A DNA stretch of 63,474 bases, the filler included, from Saprolegnia diclina VS20 (Eukaryota): NCBI RefSeq assembly GCF_000281045.1. It is 8 parts of 3 records of this genome, joined end to end, with 100 filler letters (N's around TTAATTAATTAA, not from the genome) between each part and the next. Parts side by side here need not be neighbours in the genome. Positions count along the whole stretch, not along the records: positions 58,940 to 60,817 come from NW_008246086.1; positions 60,918 to 63,474 come from NW_008246086.1; 6 more parts are not named here. The stretch is one strand, 5' to 3'. The notes beneath the pieces were generated by a model. That model was not told where the DNA came from. It saw nothing but the letters and a program-made list of their open reading frames with translations, and searched no databases. Shown piece after piece: positions 59,421 to 63,474 of this stretch (positions are counted from its first letter, which is position 1; every line of letters starts with the position of its first letter). The position numbers and the translations under genes are program-made.

Positions 59421-60211
59421 CAGGTGCGTCTAGAATTATGAAGGCTCAAAGCATCATGTATTGGCTCGCGTTGAATATCTAGCTGATTTATGTCCCAATG
59501 CTAGTATCGCAATACCGATCGGGTCTAGTGACTTCCAAGGTCTCTGGAACATTCTCAGACGTCTGATAATCAGTGATCACTGACATGACCAATCACACCC
59601 GAGGCGCCGTTGTGACACCCGTTCTTGACCAAGCTGCATCTCCACCACTTGATGCTGAATACCCAAGCGATGTGCCTCCTTTAAATGATGCACGCCCTGT
59701 GCCACGACGCTTGGCTTCTAATCTCTTCGTCCCGGCTTGCGCCCTCCATACGCCTCGCCTTCAACACGGCTAAGCCTCGCTGCTGCTGCCGTCTAGCACA
59801 ACACGCTCTGAATCGAAAGTCCACCCCCAAAAACAGTTCAGTGTAAATTATATCTAAATAGACTCACTTCAACAACAACCAACGACATGACCAATCACAA
59901 CGTACAAAAGCGCAACGTGTTGCGTCGAGCGTCCAGTCGGTGTAGCTTTTCAACGCTTCTCGTTTCGCCAAATGCTGCGACTCGGTACGGACCAATCTCC
60001 ATGTCGCGACGCTTGTCAACGCAAGCCCTGTTCAACGACCAGGCAATGCACAACGGTACTCAGATTATACAACCAACGTCCAGTCCATTCTCCCTCCACG
60101 TCCTGATGGAGGGAGAATGGACTGGACGTTGGTTGTGTTCATTGGGTTGCGTTGGTGATTTTCGTGCACGGCAACCTTGGCCCACATTCAACACAACTCA
60201 ATTTACTTCCC

Positions 60212-60817
60212 ATGGTCAAGATCATCGCCTCCGCCAGCGCTTTGGCCGCTGTCGCCATTGCCGGCACCGTCAACGAGATCCCCGCCGACATGCGCGCGCT
60301 CATGGACACGAACGCGAACCCGTGCGACGACTTTTACCAGTACGCGTGCGGTGGGTGGTACAAGCAAGCCGTAATTCCGGCGGACCAAGACAAGACCGAC
60401 ACATCATTCAGCGTCCTTGGCGACAAGAACGACGCGGTCATTCGCCAGATCCTCGGCGCGGGCTACCCCAAGGTGTCGGAGTACTACAAGTCGTGCCTCG
60501 ACACGCGGACGCTGACGACCAAGGGCCTCGCGCCCATCTCGGATGACCTCCAGAGCATCAAGACGGCCACTTCGGTGGCTGGCTTGCTCCAAGTTGCGGC
60601 CAACCTGAGCAAGAAGGGTGTCTATGCCTTCACCCAGCCTGAGGTACGACATTGTCTATTCCCATCGCATCAAACCTTATGCTGTTGTCATGTAGGTGGC
60701 CCCGGATTCGCAAGATGCGACGGCCAACGTGCTCTACTCGGCCCAAGCGCCGTCGACGCTGACGCGTCAGCTGTACGTCAACCCGCAGGAATGGCGCGTG
60801 GTCCAGCCCGCGTACAA
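60212..60817 (+). CDS. Secreted M13 (neprilysin/ECE-like) metallopeptidase, N-terminal part
   Basis: Signal peptide MVKIIASASALAAVAIAG; MDTNANPCDDFYQYACGGW; KVSEYYKSCLD. Confidence 0.9.
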
Positions 60818-60917
60818 NNNNNNNNNNNNNNNNNNNNNNNNNNNNNNNNNNNNNNNNNNNNTTAATTAATTAANNNNNNNNNNNNNNNNNNNNNNNNNNN
60901 NNNNNNNNNNNNNNNNN

Positions 60918-61708
60918 GTGCCGCCGGAACGCCGGCACCGGTGGCCGAGATCATCCAAGCTGCGCTTGACAATGGCGCCAGCTTGGGCCAGGCCGCGTTG
61001 ATCGCACAAGCCGTTGCGTCGGGTGCGTCGGTCCAAGAGATTCAACAAGTCGCGGCGGACGCCGGTGTCAAGTCGTCGGTGGCGTCGGCCATCGCGTCCG
61101 CAGTTGCTTCGACGACGTCGTCGTCGGCTGGCTCGGTCAGCGATGCTACGCCTGCCCCGATCGAAGATGGTGGTGACGAGTACGCGACGACCGCGTCTGA
61201 GACGTTTTCTCCTTCGGGCGTGCTTCAATATGGAACCGTCGCGCCCGCAACACTTCCGTCGTACGTTCAGTACTACCCGACCGACGCACCTACGACGGCG
61301 ACATTGCAGTACTACCTGACCGACGCACCCACAAAGGCGACGTCGTTTGACCAGGACTACCCGACGGATGCACCTACGACTGCAACACCGGTGGATTCGT
61401 ACGACGCGGACACGACGGCGTCTACGTTTGGCAGCTCTGGTGGGCAGTTTACAGGAAATGTCCCAACGCTCTCGCCTTCAATGCAGTTTGCCAAAGCTGT
61501 CGCGCCTGTGTCCCGAGAGCCTGAGTCGGCAACGGATGCCAACTCGCTCTCGGCGTATGCCTTCGCGGCCGCCCCGGTGCCGCAAGACATCGTGCCACCG
61601 TCGAGCGACTCGATCCTCGACAAGGTTGTTGCGTACATCACGACAGCACCGGCACCGCCGGCTGCTAGCAAGTACCGCACGCGGCCACAGTGTGTGTCGA
61701 CCGAGTAG
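60918..61708 (+). CDS. Ala/Ser/Thr/Pro-rich mucin-like protein, C-terminal part
   Basis: Low-complexity ORF with three YxTDAPTxAT repeats; 5' end lost in gap. Confidence 0.65.
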
Positions 61709-63394
61709 CTTCGCGTCTCGATGTCGTGCGTAGTGCAGCGGAAATAAGTCATTAATGTTCACCATCCATAGTCTTTTCTATAATAAATAGTATTTTCCTT
61801 ATGTTGTCCACAAGGTGCGTGCGATAGGAACATCACAGTGCAGAACGCTGAAGTGCCTACGGAAGTGCGACGTCGCATGAGCACTTCAGCTGTAGCATTT
61901 TTTGTTGATGGGTAGGCGGGGTAATTCTAGGGCCTAGACAAACGAGAACGTTGTGAGCTGGCGTTCTCGCCACGCGCGGTCGCTGCCTCGTGACTGCCGC
62001 AGCGTCCCGGTCCTCTGCCGCTACTACACCGGCGCTTCGGCTCTACAACGGCAGCAGCGTCCCGATCGTCTCGTGCTTCGACGCCGACGCATCACCTCAA
62101 CGACGGCAGCAGCGTCTCGGGCGTTTCTCGCTTCAATACCGGCGCTTTTCGATGCGGCGATGGCAGCAGCGACCCGACGTCGGCTGGCTGCGACGGCACC
62201 GATACTCCGATGCGGCGACGGTAGTGACGACCCGATGTCTCTTGTTTCGACACAGACGCACCAACAGCGCTGTACGTTCAGCCAACATTGTGCCCAGCAG
62301 CATCGAAGCACGCGAGCCCCTTGCGGAAATCGCGCCCGATGCCCAGTTGGTGCGAACCGACGATTCCAAGTACATGCGCGCCGCCGTACCCAGCGACTCT
62401 GGCACGGCGACCTTGCAACTGGATCAAAAGCCGCGCTTTCACAAGAGTGCTCACTATATTTACCTCTAGAATCACCCACGAGAGGCAACAAGTCGCAGCC
62501 CCGCCACCCGCCCCGACAACAACACTCGTCACGTCCAACTCGTCACGTCCAAGCACCTCAAGCACCGCTCCATTTGGGGGCTGCGGTGCTGAGCCACTCT
62601 CGACATCTACAGCAAACGGCGACCACGGCCAAGTCGCGCAAGATCGACAATCAGAAGTCGCGGCAAGATCCCCGTCTCTCCCGACCAACGGCTTCTCAGC
62701 CCCACGCGCAAAGATGCCAGCCAAGACGCAAGGCAGATCACACGCCGTCGCCACCCAGCCACGGCCTCACACACTGGCGCGGCTTCCAAGCGAGCGGCGC
62801 GACCAAGATCGCTCCGAGTCGACAAACCGCCAACGGACGCCGACCTGGCGACGCTTGACATCAGCACCGACGCAGACGACAAGCACCGCCACGTTTGCGC
62901 TCAGCAGCCAACACCAAGGCTCGCTGGCGCGACTCTGAAGAACCGCAGCGGCGCCGAGCAAGTTGCGCTACGTTCTCAACCCGACACCTCTCAACGACCA
63001 CGTCCGACCGTCAGTCTCGAACGACACCAAGACGAGGCATCAAGTGCACAAGCACAGTCCTCGGTCCACCGTCGCCAAGAAGTCGCCAACGACGTCGACT
63101 ACCTATCACTGGGGCACCGCCTCGCAACCCATGGCAGGCGTGGTAACCCACCTTCTTCGCCCTTTGCTGGCAAGTTGGTTGAAGAAAAACCTGCAATCTT
63201 CGAGTGATCGTTGGCCGCACGCAGCCAAGTTGAACCCGTTGTTGCAGCAATGGATATGTATGTATGGACCTCCAGTGAGCCCGTGAAGTGAACGATTCTG
63301 CAACCGACCTCGTCGGCAACTTGCCTCCCGCCATGTCCGGATACACTTCGTGAGCATCCGGATTCCCAACTGCTTGACAAGTCGAATTTGCAGC

Positions 63395-63474
63395 ATGGCG
63401 AAGAAGGGTGGGTACTACGCGGTGGCTGTCGGCCGCACCGCCGGCATCTACCGGACGTGGGACGATGGCGCCAA
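63395..63474 (+). CDS. RNase H1-type N-terminal RNA/DNA hybrid-binding (Cauli_VI) domain, start of gene
   Basis: MAKKGGYYAVAVGRTAGIYRTWDD matches the YAVxxGRxxGIYxxW consensus. Confidence 0.85.
   Translation, partial: MAKKGGYYAVAVGRTAGIYRTWDDGA

Noticed and set aside
63395..63474. RNase H motif as evidence of an LTR retrotransposon or caulimovirus
   Set aside because: Only the N-terminal hybrid-binding motif right after an ATG is visible, as in cellular RNase H1; no RT, integrase or LTR is seen.

Overview
Gene-dense, GC-rich eukaryotic DNA with many short (~40-60 nt) GT-AG introns. Gene families and promoter motifs point to an oomycete, probably Saprolegniales (inference). The window is a scaffold: seven 100-bp artificial joins (N44-TTAATTAATTAA-N44) plus a ~370-N gap, so adjacency across these is unverified. 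Ordinary genes include an ABCC transporter, TKL kinase, Rab18, Rab8, glutaredoxin, PAQR receptor, multi-PH protein, RING protein, myosin, Gfo/Idh/MocA oxidoreductase, M13 peptidase, probable FBT transporter fragments and an RNase H1 N-terminus. The most unusual items: (1) an ankyrin gene with one repeat per phase-0 exon (eight exons exactly 99 nt) and a broken repeat exon stranded in an intron; (2) an intronless prokaryote/virus-type N6-adenine DNA methyltransferase with a possible PX-like N-terminus; (3) three RNA-related multidomain genes at 41-59 kb, namely RGG-GLEBS-FG-inactive 3'-5' exonuclease-Ycf45 ATPase, RGG-ZNFX1-like helicase-NFX1 fingers-tandem CbbX AAA, and VWA-alpha-kinase-Zn finger-LOTUS, which may form an RNA-surveillance/antiviral module (hypothesis); (4) an ACBP-TM-PRELI fusion; (5) several decayed local duplications. 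All domain calls are by eye from motifs; no searches were run.
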